The translations under genes and the position numbers were made by a program. From positions 1,312,001 to 1,376,000 of the forward strand of contig OY769902.1 in assembly GCA_963669175.1 (NCBI GenBank): DNA of 64,000 nucleotides, written 5' to 3'. Position 1 is the first letter of the stretch. Each line of letters begins with the position of its first letter. Origin of the DNA: a bacterium. Its GTDB lineage: Bacteria > Electryoneota > Electryoneia > Electryoneales > Electryoneaceae. Below, piece by piece: positions 9,350 through 20,069 of the stretch. The notes under the pieces were generated by a model. The model saw only the letters and a program-made list of their open reading frames with translations. It searched no databases and was not told the origin of the DNA.

Positions 9350-10720
9350 ATGCAGAACCTTCGCATCCTGATAGCCGATGATCACGCGGATGACCTGTCA
9401 GCGCTCGTAGCAGGGCTTGAACAGGGTGGCGCCTTCGTACATCTGGCCGAGAATGGCGAGGATGCGCTGGAGAAAGCTTTATCCGGAGAATATGACGCCC
9501 TGGTCACTGAGCTGGTCCTGCCCCAGTTGGGGGGCAAGGAAATCGTGCAGACCCTCCTGCAGGAATACCCTTCGTTTCCCATTGTCGTGTTTACCCGTTA
9601 CGGAACCATGGATGATGCCTTCAACCTGGCAAGGATGGGGGTAAAGGTATTCGCACGGAAGGATGACAACTCGGATGATCTGGCGGATAAAGTGCTACAG
9701 GTCGCTTCCGGTGAAGAGATTGATGAGGCCGGGGAAAAGGCGCCGTTCGCCAGGAAACTGCCGTTTTCCCAGTATATGTCCCGCAACGCCCAGATGACAT
9801 CCATTTTCAATACTGCCATTGAACGTGTTGCTCAAGCGCCTTCAACCGTGTTGATCACAGGTGAATCTGGCACCGGGAAAGAACTGCTGGCGAAAACAAT
9901 TCATCACTTCAGCCCACGTGGCGACCAGCCGATTGTGGCGGTTAACTGCGCTGCGCTGCCGGAAACCCTGATCGAAAGCGAACTGTTCGGGCATGAAAAG
10001 GGATCTTTCACCGGCGCTATTAACAAACGAATCGGTCGTTTTGAACAGGCCAGCGGAAGCACTTTTTTCCTGGATGAAGTTGGTGACCTATCGCCTGTTG
10101 TGCAGACCAAGCTGCTACGGGTGTTGCAGGAACGTACGATCGAGCGAGTCGGCGGCAATACCCCAGTGCCTGTGGATATTCGCCTTGTGGCAGCTACCCA
10201 TCGTGACCTGAAGAAGATGGTGCAGGAAGGTGACTTCCGTGAAGACCTGTACTATCGTCTGAGTGTCATTCACCTGCAATTGCCGCCCTTACGTGAACGC
10301 AAGGAAGACATTCCCGGCCTGGCCCAGTTCTTCCTTGAACGATACCGTGATAAAATCGGCCGGCCGGATATGTCGTTCTCGTCCTATGTTGTAAAGGCTT
10401 TTCAGCAGTATCCCTGGCCGGGCAATGTGCGTGAGCTGGAAAATGTGATCGAAGGCGCGGTGGTGATGTCGCCCGGGCCACGCATTGAATTGCGTGATCT
10501 TCGTGAAGATTTCCAGAATATCTCAGAACCCCAACAGGATGATCTGTCGCTTCGAGATGCCCGTGCCAGCTTCGAGAAGGATTTCATTGAAAAAGCGCTG
10601 CGCAAGCACAGCGGGAATGTGACTGCGACATCCGATGTGCTGGGCATCGCACGAAAGAACCTGCAGGAAAAGATCAAACGCTACAACATTGAAGTGGATA
10701 GCATACGCGAAGAGAGCTGA
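9350..10720 (+). CDS. Sigma54-dependent NtrC/AtoC-family activator (REC-AAA+-Fis HTH) with atypical receiver
   Basis: 'GESGTGKE', '[15 protein letters not shown]', 'FREDLYYRL', 'WPGNVREL' and a C-terminal HTH. Glu54 occupies the phosphoacceptor position. Confidence 0.93.
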   Translation: MQNLRILIADDHADDLSALVAGLEQGGAFVHLAENGEDALEKALSGEYDALVTELVLPQLGGKEIVQTLLQEYPSFPIVVFTRYGTMDDAFNLARMGVKVFARKDDNSDDLADKVLQVASGEEIDEAGEKAPFARKLPFSQYMSRNAQMTSIFNTAIERVAQAPSTVLITGESGTGKELLAKTIHHFSPRGDQPIVAVNCAALPETLIESELFGHEKGSFTGAINKRIGRFEQASGSTFFLDEVGDLSPVVQTKLLRVLQERTIERVGGNTPVPVDIRLVAATHRDLKKMVQEGDFREDLYYRLSVIHLQLPPLRERKEDIPGLAQFFLERYRDKIGRPDMSFSSYVVKAFQQYPWPGNVRELENVIEGAVVMSPGPRIELRDLREDFQNISEPQQDDLSLRDARASFEKDFIEKALRKHSGNVTATSDVLGIARKNLQEKIKRYNIEVDSIREES

Positions 10721-10722
10721 TC

Positions 10723-12834
10723 CTATTTCAGCAGCACAACCCGTTGATATACATACCTTTCATTCTTGAAACGCGCACGCAGGAAATACACCCCACCGGA
10801 TAAGGCGGATGCGTTGAAGTCTATATCGTGAACCCCCGCTTCCATCCAGGTCATCTTTCGAATCTCAGCAACACGTTCACCAAGAACATTGAACAGCTCC
10901 AGTGAAACCGGTCCGTTGTTCGGCAAAGCCAGTTGAATGGTGACGCTGGCATTAAATGGATTCGGCCAGACGCTGTTGAGCGCAAATTCTGATGGAATAT
11001 CACGCGTGTCCATGTTGTCAATGGTTGAACTGGGCGCAACGGTGAACTGGAATGCTTCATTGCAAAGGACTACATCAGAGTCACTGATTGCATAAACCCA
11101 CCAGTTCACCTCAACTGGCGCATTCCATTCTTCCAGATCAAGTGAATCCAGCAGGTGAAATGCACGAATGTGATGCGGATATTCATCAATACTCCATCTT
11201 TCCTGGATAGGCGGGGTTTCGCAGGATACGTCAATCACTAGGCCGTAATGAACAGTCGTACCGGGATCGGGATCATCACTCTCTTCCCAGATGAAGAATA
11301 CAACTTCAGCTTCTTCCGGAGACAATTCACAATTGTGAACAGGCTCTGAAAGATTGAAGGAACCAGGTGGTTCCGGGACTTCAGCCAGGAAGGTAAAAGT
11401 TTGCAGAGGGGGCGAGAAAAGACCGGATTCTTCATCAATGGCAAGAACCTCCCATGAACAGTCCTCGTCCTCAGGAACATCAGACAGGATCATGGATGAT
11501 TCCCCAGGGACTTCAATGCAGATTGTATCTGGGAAATCGGATGGTATTATTCTCAAAATGTAACGCGGTATTTCACCGGGATCGAGATCAATACTGTTTG
11601 TCCATGAAAAAACGACTGGATACTCAGTAATATGTGCGTCATCGGGTGGAGTCAACAATGAAACAGGTGTTGGAATATGATATACAGCCTGAAGTTCCAT
11701 GACACGGTATTGCGGGATATCAGCTTCCGGGAGGGGTGAGCAGAAAATATCCAGATCACCGTCCTGATCAAAATCTGCCAGGGCAGCATCACGTTGTCTG
11801 TACCCATCATTCTCATCAGGAAAAACCGGAGAATGAAGGAGGAAACTGTCTGGGCGCACTTGTTCCAGCCAAGCTGTTCTGTAAGAGCCAGATGAAAATT
11901 TCCATAACAGAATGTCAGAATCATTATCCTGATCCATGTCTCCAACAAGTAGTCTGTGGAACCAGATATAAGCAGATGTATAAACAAGTTCGTAGCTGTC
12001 AGCAACATACTCGTAAATCAGCAACCGATTCTCATACAGGCAGGCGAAACCGCTGGTGTCACTGTTTATACCAAACTTGAAAGGCTCTGTGTCCCGTAAA
12101 CAGGCCCAGCCACCGTCTTCAATGTAAGTGTACTGGAAACAACCATATCCCTCGTTTATCAGGCACCCTGTCCTATAATAGACTTCCTGGTAAAAGAGCA
12201 AATCAGGATAAAGATCATCATTTAAGGAACAAATATGCAGTGTCTTGCAGTTGCCCAGGAACACGCCTGTATCTGCATAAAAGTCATAGCTTGTCCATTC
12301 ACCGTCTTCTGTCTGATACAAAACCAGCAACGTGAGTTCAAAGGGCAGTAAGGCAACAATATCAGGAAGTCCATCAACGTCCATATCACCTACGCCGATA
12401 TCAGATACAGATCCAATATCCACGGCGATACTGCGGTACTCAAATACGCCATCCGTTTGTTCCATCCATCCCACAACTCCGGATTCCGGGAAGGACAGGA
12501 TAATGTCCAAATCACCATCTCCGTCCAGGTCGTGTACATCAATTCCCGACGTTTCCTCAAGCGTGTCGCTGATTTCATGATACTCGAAGATCATTTCTCC
12601 AAGGTTTTCAAACCAGAACAACGTAGTTGAAAGATAATCGACATCAATACCAACAACATCAACATCCTGATCATTATCCAGGTCAACATGATGAAGGTCA
12701 AACGAATCAGTTGTCTCGATGGAATCTGCAACGATATGCATCTGGAATTCCAGCTCATTGCTGAAAGCAAGGCTGGAACACAGGAATAAAAGGCAGGTAA
12801 ACAGATAGGCTCGTGCAATGCAGGTATCGTGCAT
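10723..12834 (-). CDS. Secreted FG-GAP/VCBS-repeat protein with T9SS-type C-terminal sorting domain
   Basis: Signal peptide, repeated 'DLDGDGDLD' motifs, and C-terminal 'WPNPFNAS...SGGVYFLR...VLLK'. Confidence 0.85.
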   Translation of the reverse strand: MHDTCIARAYLFTCLLFLCSSLAFSNELEFQMHIVADSIETTDSFDLHHVDLDNDQDVDVVGIDVDYLSTTLFWFENLGEMIFEYHEISDTLEETSGIDVHDLDGDGDLDIILSFPESGVVGWMEQTDGVFEYRSIAVDIGSVSDIGVGDMDVDGLPDIVALLPFELTLLVLYQTEDGEWTSYDFYADTGVFLGNCKTLHICSLNDDLYPDLLFYQEVYYRTGCLINEGYGCFQYTYIEDGGWACLRDTEPFKFGINSDTSGFACLYENRLLIYEYVADSYELVYTSAYIWFHRLLVGDMDQDNDSDILLWKFSSGSYRTAWLEQVRPDSFLLHSPVFPDENDGYRQRDAALADFDQDGDLDIFCSPLPEADIPQYRVMELQAVYHIPTPVSLLTPPDDAHITEYPVVFSWTNSIDLDPGEIPRYILRIIPSDFPDTICIEVPGESSMILSDVPEDEDCSWEVLAIDEESGLFSPPLQTFTFLAEVPEPPGSFNLSEPVHNCELSPEEAEVVFFIWEESDDPDPGTTVHYGLVIDVSCETPPIQERWSIDEYPHHIRAFHLLDSLDLEEWNAPVEVNWWVYAISDSDVVLCNEAFQFTVAPSSTIDNMDTRDIPSEFALNSVWPNPFNASVTIQLALPNNGPVSLELFNVLGERVAEIRKMTWMEAGVHDIDFNASALSGGVYFLRARFKNERYVYQRVVLLK

Positions 12835-13192
12835 GGGCGCCCCTGAGAGTTCGCTGATTCTCTTCTGTTGAAGCTACAATATAAGATGACGATATGTGGG
12901 GAATTATTCAAGGAAACAGGGAAAATTTCTCAATTAACATCATGATATTCAGTCCACCAGGGGCAATCCGACAAGAACAGGGGGGAGTCAGGGGGCGTGT
13001 GCTTTGGTTCACATTGCCTGAATAATGGGCATTATATACTGCCTCCCGGAGCGGACGAAAAATGTGTATCAATTCAATACAGTTGCTTGATCAGGTTGGA
13101 GTGGGGCCTGTTTCACATCTATATTGAAACAGGTAGGAAATCGGCGCTTTCCGTTTTGTAACGATACAGGTTTGTTAAACAGGAGTTCCTCC

Positions 13193-14689
13193 ATGCCACA
13201 TGGGGAATCCGCATTTGTGCCATCCTCCACGCTGGTTTTTATCGTGGAAGATGATCACTTTCAGGCCCAGCATGCTCGCATCCTGATAGAACGGATGGGG
13301 TTTGAGACTATGGTGTTCCCTAATGGCGAAGCTGCGCTTGATGAGCTTCAGGGGGGCACGATTCCGTCTGCGATGCTGCTGGATTTGATGATGCCGGGCA
13401 TGGGAGGCATGGAAACGCTGAAAGAGATCCGCAAGCAGGATCCGAACCTGCCCGTTATCATTGCCAGCGCCCAGGACAAAGTTTCCATTGCCATGGAAGC
13501 GATTCGCAGCGGCGCCAATGATTACCTGACCAAACCTATCGATGCGGAGAACCTGAAACGAATCCTGAACTTCGTCGTTGAAAAGCGTCGTATGGCGATG
13601 GAAATCGCTCTGCTGCGCCATCAGGTCAGCGAGCATTACAGCTTCCATAAGTTGATCGGTCGTTCCGCACAGATGAAAAGCATTTTCAAGCTGATCGAAA
13701 AGACGCTGCACAACGATATCAATGTGCTGGTCCTGGGCGAATCCGGTACGGGCAAGGAACTGGTGGCTCGTGCAATTCACTTTAACGGTGGACGTGCGCA
13801 GCATCCGTTCATTGTCGTCAACTGTGCCGCGATTCCAAGTGAGCTGGTGGAATCTGAACTTTTCGGCCACGAAAAGGGATCGTTTACCGGTGCGGTACAG
13901 CAGAAAATCGGCAAGTTCGAATTAGCGGACAAGGGCACGCTATTCCTGGATGAGATCGGCGATCTTGATTTCGGGGTGCAGGCCAAGCTGTTGCGTGTCT
14001 TGCAGGAACGTGAGTTCGAACGTGTTGGCGGAACCCGCACCATTCCGGTAGATGTGCGTGTCCTGGCGGCGACACGGCAGGACTTATCCACGATGGTGGA
14101 GAATGGCCGGTTCCGTGAAGACCTGTATTACCGGATCAATGCGTTTACTGTCAATATTCCGCCGCTGCGTGAACGCAAAGAGGATATTCCCTTACTGGCG
14201 CGACATTTCCTGATCAAACATGCCAAACCGCTGGGGCGTGAGGATATCGAGGCCTTTACCCCCAACGCAATCGCCATGCTGGAAAACTGCCCCTGGCCGG
14301 GGAATGTACGACAATTGGAAAACGCGGTCAGTCGTGCTATTGTACTGGCAGAATCATCAATGATCCGTTCGTTGGATTTCCCCGCCGAGCTCCAGAAATA
14401 CGATCCCGACCCGGAAGCGGACGCTTTATCGCCAGTCGATCAGGTGCAAGATCCGGCTGCTGCAGTTGAAGCAGTGATCGAAAACAACACGCAGCATAAA
14501 GATGAACCTGATTGCCTGCCAGCTTTCAAGTCACCGGATGAGATCCCGTCGCTTGAGTCGATTAAAGCATGGGCGATTGAACAGGCCGTGAAATCAACTG
14601 ATGGTAACATTTCCCTCGCCGCCAAGAAACTAGGCCTGGGACGAGCTACCATGTATCGCCTGATGGAAAAGCATGGGATTGAGGTTTGA
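13193..14689 (+). CDS. Sigma54-dependent response regulator (REC-AAA+-Fis HTH)
   Basis: Canonical receiver 'LLDLMMP...LTKP', plus 'GESGTGKE', 'GSFTGA', 'WPGNVRQL' and an HTH. AGGAG SD before MPHGES. Confidence 0.93.
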   Translation: MPHGESAFVPSSTLVFIVEDDHFQAQHARILIERMGFETMVFPNGEAALDELQGGTIPSAMLLDLMMPGMGGMETLKEIRKQDPNLPVIIASAQDKVSIAMEAIRSGANDYLTKPIDAENLKRILNFVVEKRRMAMEIALLRHQVSEHYSFHKLIGRSAQMKSIFKLIEKTLHNDINVLVLGESGTGKELVARAIHFNGGRAQHPFIVVNCAAIPSELVESELFGHEKGSFTGAVQQKIGKFELADKGTLFLDEIGDLDFGVQAKLLRVLQEREFERVGGTRTIPVDVRVLAATRQDLSTMVENGRFREDLYYRINAFTVNIPPLRERKEDIPLLARHFLIKHAKPLGREDIEAFTPNAIAMLENCPWPGNVRQLENAVSRAIVLAESSMIRSLDFPAELQKYDPDPEADALSPVDQVQDPAAAVEAVIENNTQHKDEPDCLPAFKSPDEIPSLESIKAWAIEQAVKSTDGNISLAAKKLGLGRATMYRLMEKHGIEV

Positions 14690-14694
14690 TCGGA

Positions 14695-15086
14695 AGTGAA
14701 AAAAGTAGGCAGTGAAAAAAGTGAAAAAAGAAGTCACATATTTCTGACTTAAAGTTTAGCTGTTCTCGATTTTATTCCGACATAATGGAGATTGCCGGGA
14801 AAAGGGGACGGGATCCTTTTCCTTGCGCTTATAACAGAACATTCCTGAAGTATTCATGGAAAAGGAAACTGTCCCCTTTTTCCATATCCTTTCTTTCAAC
14901 CATAGAAAGGATCTTTCACTGATATAGCACATGACCCTATGACGGATTAATAATGGGATTCTCTATACTTCGGTGAAAATGTTGAAAATTCTGTTTGGTC
15001 GACTCGACGCCAATACAAATATTGTTACTCGCGATCAAAGACAGTTCAGTCCTTTTTCACTTTTTTCACTGCCTACTTTTTTCACT
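14695..15086. mobile_element. MITE-like element with about 36 bp inverted ends, enclosing a REP doublet
   Basis: AGTGAAAAAAGTAGGCAGTGAAAAAAGTGAAAAA at 14695 and its reverse complement ending at 15086. The interior is homologous to 28-345. Confidence 0.7.
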
Positions 15087-15094
15087 ACGCATTA

Positions 15095-15871
15095 TCAAAC
15101 AAACTTACTTCCCTTCAACCACCCCAGCATTTGCAAACGATAGAAGAAATTCGGCGCCAGGGCGAACAGGTACTTAAAGATTTTAAAGCTGAAGGGTTCG
15201 TCATAGGTGCCGACAGGGTTACCACTCTCGATCCACTTTACGATTACCCGGGCGACATGATCCCCGTTGGGGGCTGAATTGACACGTTTTGCCCGAATTT
15301 TATACCCCGCCTCATTCACTCGGTTAACCGGCGCCCAGGCCAATGGTCCCTTGATCGCGCCGGGACGGTACAGACGTATACGGACATTCTTTTCTGCAGC
15401 GTAATAAGCGATGGGGCCAACACCGCTTACAAAATAATGCAGCGCAATCTTGCTGGCATGATAGATCGGTCCGAAACAGGAGGGACTGCCATCCGCGATA
15501 GAACCGATGGCAATGATATCCAATGGACGTGAATGCTCCATCTCCGCTGCCTGAATGCTGACCCAGGAAGGGAACAGGTAGTTGACTTTGGTTATCGAAT
15601 TATACTGATCCAGCAAAGGAAGTCCGTCTTTGCCGACTTCGGTTTCAATCTGCCCGGCATTGAGGACAATGATGTCCGGTTTAAAGTCGAGCAGCTTTCG
15701 GGCGTCTTCTTCCGTATCCTGGGCATTGGTGTGCAGCTCGGAAAAACAGGTGGAATCTTCAACGGCATCCTTACGGGAAACACCGATCACATGCCAGCCT
15801 TTTCGGATGTACAGACGTCCCAAAGCTGATCCCAGTATCCCGGAAATGCCTGTGATTACGATGGTTTTCAT
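15095..15871 (-). CDS. SDR family NAD(P)-dependent oxidoreductase
   Basis: 'VITGISGILG', 'LNAG' and catalytic 'YHASK'. Confidence 0.88.
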   Translation of the reverse strand: MKTIVITGISGILGSALGRLYIRKGWHVIGVSRKDAVEDSTCFSELHTNAQDTEEDARKLLDFKPDIIVLNAGQIETEVGKDGLPLLDQYNSITKVNYLFPSWVSIQAAEMEHSRPLDIIAIGSIADGSPSCFGPIYHASKIALHYFVSGVGPIAYYAAEKNVRIRLYRPGAIKGPLAWAPVNRVNEAGYKIRAKRVNSAPNGDHVARVIVKWIESGNPVGTYDEPFSFKIFKYLFALAPNFFYRLQMLGWLKGSKFV

Positions 15872-15895
15872 CCTGTCTCCTATCTCTGCTTATGT

Positions 15896-17398
15896 TCACT
15901 TTGTCAAATGATCCGCCACACGCAGCGCGTTTGCGATAATGGTTAACGCCGGTCCGACTCCCAATGAGGTCGGCATGAAACTGCCATCCACCACGAAAAC
16001 ATTATCTGTATCATGGACACGGCAGCAGCGATCCAGCACAGATGTTTTCGGATTGTCACCAAACCGGCAGGTGCCAACTTGGTGTGCTGTGTGGATGTCG
16101 TCCTTTTCGCCGGTTACACCAACCGTCAGCATCGCACCGCAGTGTCTCATCAACCTGGTCAACCTTTTCTTGACGAACTTCATCCGGAAGCTGTCATATT
16201 CGTGGAACTGGTGGTTCAGGCTGACCCGGTTGGTCCGATCCAGCGAAACTCTGTTCTCTGGTCGTGGTAAATCTTCAACTGTGGCGGCGAAGGCCAACGT
16301 CCTTTCGTATACCTTTTCCGCCAGTGGAAAGGGAACCGGGAAGGGCGCTTCATTTTGCAAAGTCAGCGGGCCGGGAACGGGCAGGGTTTGCACATAGCCC
16401 AGTTTGTGCGGAAATTCGGGTGTGCCGAAATAGTCATCGGTCCAGCCAAATTGTTTGCTGAACCGGTCTGCAGCCCCGGTTTCTTTCGGGAATACGCCTA
16501 CAACCAGCGCTCCGGCATGGTACATGTAATTACGCCCCAGTTCATCACTGGTCTGCCCCAGGCCGCTGTTCATCAGCAATACCGGGGACCAGACCGCGCC
16601 CTGGGAAATGATGAAAGTTTGCGCGCTGACTTGAACCCTCGCACCGGTAGAACGATTGCGCACTTGCAGGGATTGAATTGTCTTGGCGCCGTTGGGTTTG
16701 CGGATAAGTTTTTCCGCTTCCCAACCGGACCAAAAAGTAGCGCCGAAGTCTTCTACCGCCGGATCAAGCGCTAGCTGTGCAGCGTTACCACGGCTCCCGT
16801 TGGGACAGTAATATCCCGGGCAGGTTGGGCAACGAAGGCAGGTAGCAAAATTGATAGCCAGGGGCAAATGAAATGGGGAGATCCCGTGACACTCCAGCTC
16901 GGGTTTGATGCGTTGGTTGATCGGTTCCAGCTCCGGCAACGTGCCCGGATAGGGAATCGCCCGTTTGCCCAGGTGAGGAATTTCTGCCTTGTGGTCCCCG
17001 GAAACGCGGAACAGGTTTTCAGCTTCCGTATACCAGGGTTCAAGTTCATCATAGGACAGCGGCCATTGGTGCAGGTGGTCAGGCACGTGATCGGCATACC
17101 AGTCACCGGGTGTGAAATCCTCTTTTGCAGGCCGTAATAAAGCGCCGCCGTAAAGCGCTGTACCACCGCCCGGAATTCCACCGACATACAACCTGTCAGA
17201 GCGTCCATTCAGTTGAATGGCACGGTCATCCTGCGCTTCTCGGCGAATAAGCATCCGGTGTTCATTCTGAAACGCGGTTCTGTCCTTCAGCGGAAAACCG
17301 CGTTCAACAACCAGTACACGTTTCCCGGCCTTCGCCAGCGCATAGGCAATGGTGGAGCCGCCAGCCCCCGAACCGGATACCACAACATCGAAATCCAT
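15896..17398 (-). CDS. GMC family FAD oxidoreductase
   Basis: 'GSGAGG', 'GGGTALYG', 'CxxCxxC', 'GRNYMYH', 'AHQVGTCRFG' and 'VVDGSFMP...PALTI'. Confidence 0.9.
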   Translation of the reverse strand: MDFDVVVSGSGAGGSTIAYALAKAGKRVLVVERGFPLKDRTAFQNEHRMLIRREAQDDRAIQLNGRSDRLYVGGIPGGGTALYGGALLRPAKEDFTPGDWYADHVPDHLHQWPLSYDELEPWYTEAENLFRVSGDHKAEIPHLGKRAIPYPGTLPELEPINQRIKPELECHGISPFHLPLAINFATCLRCPTCPGYYCPNGSRGNAAQLALDPAVEDFGATFWSGWEAEKLIRKPNGAKTIQSLQVRNRSTGARVQVSAQTFIISQGAVWSPVLLMNSGLGQTSDELGRNYMYHAGALVVGVFPKETGAADRFSKQFGWTDDYFGTPEFPHKLGYVQTLPVPGPLTLQNEAPFPVPFPLAEKVYERTLAFAATVEDLPRPENRVSLDRTNRVSLNHQFHEYDSFRMKFVKKRLTRLMRHCGAMLTVGVTGEKDDIHTAHQVGTCRFGDNPKTSVLDRCCRVHDTDNVFVVDGSFMPTSLGVGPALTIIANALRVADHLTK

Positions 17399-17410
17399 GC
17401 AACGTGTCCA

Positions 17411-19801
17411 CTAATCAACAAAAGGTTCCAGCCGTGGTTTCAGCTCTTCGCTGGATAGCTGTTTCAGTACGGCTTCCCAACCGGAATTCGCCATGCCACG
17501 CACACGTGACAGATGACGCATTTCTTCATACTGCTCCGGCTGGTTCTCCACCATACTGATCAGGTTCAGTATGGCGTTCACCCAGGGTTCTTTTTCCAAG
17601 GCGGGGAGGATGAAACCAGTTTCACCATGATCCACCAGTTCTTTCGGGCCGCCACGATCCGAGACCAACGCCGGCAACTCGCTACATTGGGACTCGAGAA
17701 CCACCATGCCGAAGGTGTCCGTGACACTGGGGAAGACAAAAGCGTGGCCCTGTGAATAATAGAATGGCATATGATCCCATGGAAGTTTCCCGGTGAAAAC
17801 GACACGTGGATCATTCCCGAGTTCACGCTTCATTTCATCCAGGTACGGCCCGACGCCAAGGACGATCAGGTTGACATCTTCCCTTGTCTGCCAGACTTCA
17901 CGCAGGACATCAATCAGGAAGGGCAGGTTTTTATCACGTGATACCCGCCCCGCAAAGACAAGGTTGATTCCCGGGGGAAGGTCCAGCTTGTGTTCGCCCA
18001 GGGCTTCCTGTGGGATATAGCAGAAACGGTCATGGTCAATCTGTCGCGGGAAAACACGCATCTTGGCAGGATCAAGCCCACGCTTTGCCATGATATCGAT
18101 ATACTCCTGCGTGGGAACCTTGATCTCATCCATGAAGGAATAGAACCAGTTCACTGCCGATTCAACTGTCTCGACGATGTCGCTGTCATCTTCATTTTCA
18201 GCGATATGGCTCAATTCAAGGGTGAAATCGGTATGGTACACCCCGATCATGGGAATGTTGAACAATTTGGCAGCGATTGCGCCAAGAATGCCCACCGGTC
18301 CCGGCGTGGAGATGAAGATTTCATCAGGTTCGTAATCATTGAGCTGCTTCAGCGCTTTGAGGATGCTGGGAATTTTCATCCGCTGAGATTCATAATACGG
18401 AAGCTGAAATTCTGTCACCGAAGGCAGGTTAATCATGTTGGGCGGTAATGCGCCGGTGACCTCATCTTTACTCAAAGAAGTCACGATTTTGATATCAATC
18501 CCGCTGGCGAAGAACTGCCAGCCAAGGTGTTTCAAGGTCACCGAAACGCCATTCAGGTCGTTCAGGGTGTCGGTAAACCAGAGAATACGACGGTTCGGTT
18601 TTTCCGGAAGTTGAGCTCGCAGATCAGCCAGGAGTTTCCGGTTGTTATTCAAGTGGTGCAGGCTGCTGAAGAACGGCACCGCCAGAAACATACCGGGCAG
18701 TGCTGAGGAAAGTTTGTTCATCAATGCGAAAACATCGCCCTGATCCACCTGTTCCTGCACATTGGCAAGGAATCCGCCGACCATATTATCCGCAATTTCG
18801 GTGACCGTGTCATACAGCTTGTCCAGGTTTTCTTCAATGGATTGAATCTTGGACTTGCGAATATCTTCCACCAGTTCGGCTATCTTGCGCTTGTAGGGCT
18901 GGGAAGGATCAGCCTTGAGCCCCATTACGGTCAGGCTGTCCAGCAGGTTGGCTTTGCGCTCGCCGAAGATAATCGAGTTGATGGCATTCAGACTGAAGGT
19001 ATTGAGTAACGGTTGACTGCGTTGCTTGGAATAATCGTGTGCGATTTTGTATACGGTGAAGGCCAGTGACTGGAAATCGTTGGAGCGTCCCTTGGCGAAT
19101 GCTTTCCGGCTGTTTACATGGGTCAGGAATTCTTTTGGATTGGTTGCTCCCGCGAGGGTATAGGTGCGTCCTACATAGATTCCGGCGTGATCGTCTGACC
19201 CGCCAGTGAATCCCTTTACCCATGAATTGGAGCGTTGATAATCAATACCATGACGTTGTTGAAGCTTCTGCATCGCTTCATCATTCAGGTATTTCAGGAA
19301 GTAGTACAGGGTGGTGTTGGAGGAACGTGCCTGGCCACCGCTGATGGCTTCGAATACATCAAACAGCAGTACCAGCTTTTCGAGATGCGAGATGCTCAAT
19401 TTGTGGTTGATGCTGTAGGTGGGGTGCGCGACTGAATGCGCCAGCTTCTGGTCAACCAGGTAGTCGCGCAACGTATAGATATTCTCGCGAATGCGTTGAA
19501 TCTCTTCAAACTGCTCTCCGGTCAATCCCCAGATCAGCAGGTGAATTTTGCAGCCGTCTTCGGGGAAATACGTGGTGGACTCCACACCTGTGAACGCGTC
19601 ATCATATCTCTCCGCCAATTGAATCGCGCCGTCCATGCAGTTGTGGTCGGTGATTGTGACAAAATCCATTCCCCTTTCCTTCGCCATCTGGTAGATGGTT
19701 TCCGGCTCGGTATAGGATTGGGACGCGCCCAGTTTCTGCAGGAACCACTCGGACGGACGGTCGGAATACCTGGAATGGACGTGAAGATCTGCTTTGGCCA
19801 T
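17411..19801 (-). CDS. PHP-domain / GT4 (GT-B) glycosyltransferase fusion
   Basis: N-terminal 'DLHVHS', 'ITDHN' and 'GGSDDH'. C-terminal 'TDT...NGVS', 'GRVSRDKN' and 'FPSVTDTFGMVVLE'. Confidence 0.88.
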   Translation of the reverse strand: MAKADLHVHSRYSDRPSEWFLQKLGASQSYTEPETIYQMAKERGMDFVTITDHNCMDGAIQLAERYDDAFTGVESTTYFPEDGCKIHLLIWGLTGEQFEEIQRIRENIYTLRDYLVDQKLAHSVAHPTYSINHKLSISHLEKLVLLFDVFEAISGGQARSSNTTLYYFLKYLNDEAMQKLQQRHGIDYQRSNSWVKGFTGGSDDHAGIYVGRTYTLAGATNPKEFLTHVNSRKAFAKGRSNDFQSLAFTVYKIAHDYSKQRSQPLLNTFSLNAINSIIFGERKANLLDSLTVMGLKADPSQPYKRKIAELVEDIRKSKIQSIEENLDKLYDTVTEIADNMVGGFLANVQEQVDQGDVFALMNKLSSALPGMFLAVPFFSSLHHLNNNRKLLADLRAQLPEKPNRRILWFTDTLNDLNGVSVTLKHLGWQFFASGIDIKIVTSLSKDEVTGALPPNMINLPSVTEFQLPYYESQRMKIPSILKALKQLNDYEPDEIFISTPGPVGILGAIAAKLFNIPMIGVYHTDFTLELSHIAENEDDSDIVETVESAVNWFYSFMDEIKVPTQEYIDIMAKRGLDPAKMRVFPRQIDHDRFCYIPQEALGEHKLDLPPGINLVFAGRVSRDKNLPFLIDVLREVWQTREDVNLIVLGVGPYLDEMKRELGNDPRVVFTGKLPWDHMPFYYSQGHAFVFPSVTDTFGMVVLESQCSELPALVSDRGGPKELVDHGETGFILPALEKEPWVNAILNLISMVENQPEQYEEMRHLSRVRGMANSGWEAVLKQLSSEELKPRLEPFVD

Positions 19802-20069
19802 AAACCCCTCACTGGTTGCTCACAATTCGCGGATTTTTGTTCACCCGGAATGGCGAGCGTGTAAATCACGGTATAGTTGACCTATACTTTACTTGCGCGA
19901 ATCTTTGCGTTGTGTCAGGATATGCGTTTTTTGTTAGCGTTTGTCGAGTGTTCCGTTAAAGGAACATGTTGGTCTCGTTCGTCTCTTCCCCTGCGCAAAG
20001 CTCTGAGATATCGTATATTACTTTCGCTTTTTGATCGGGAAACGCCACCATTCCAACAGGGACCGATCC

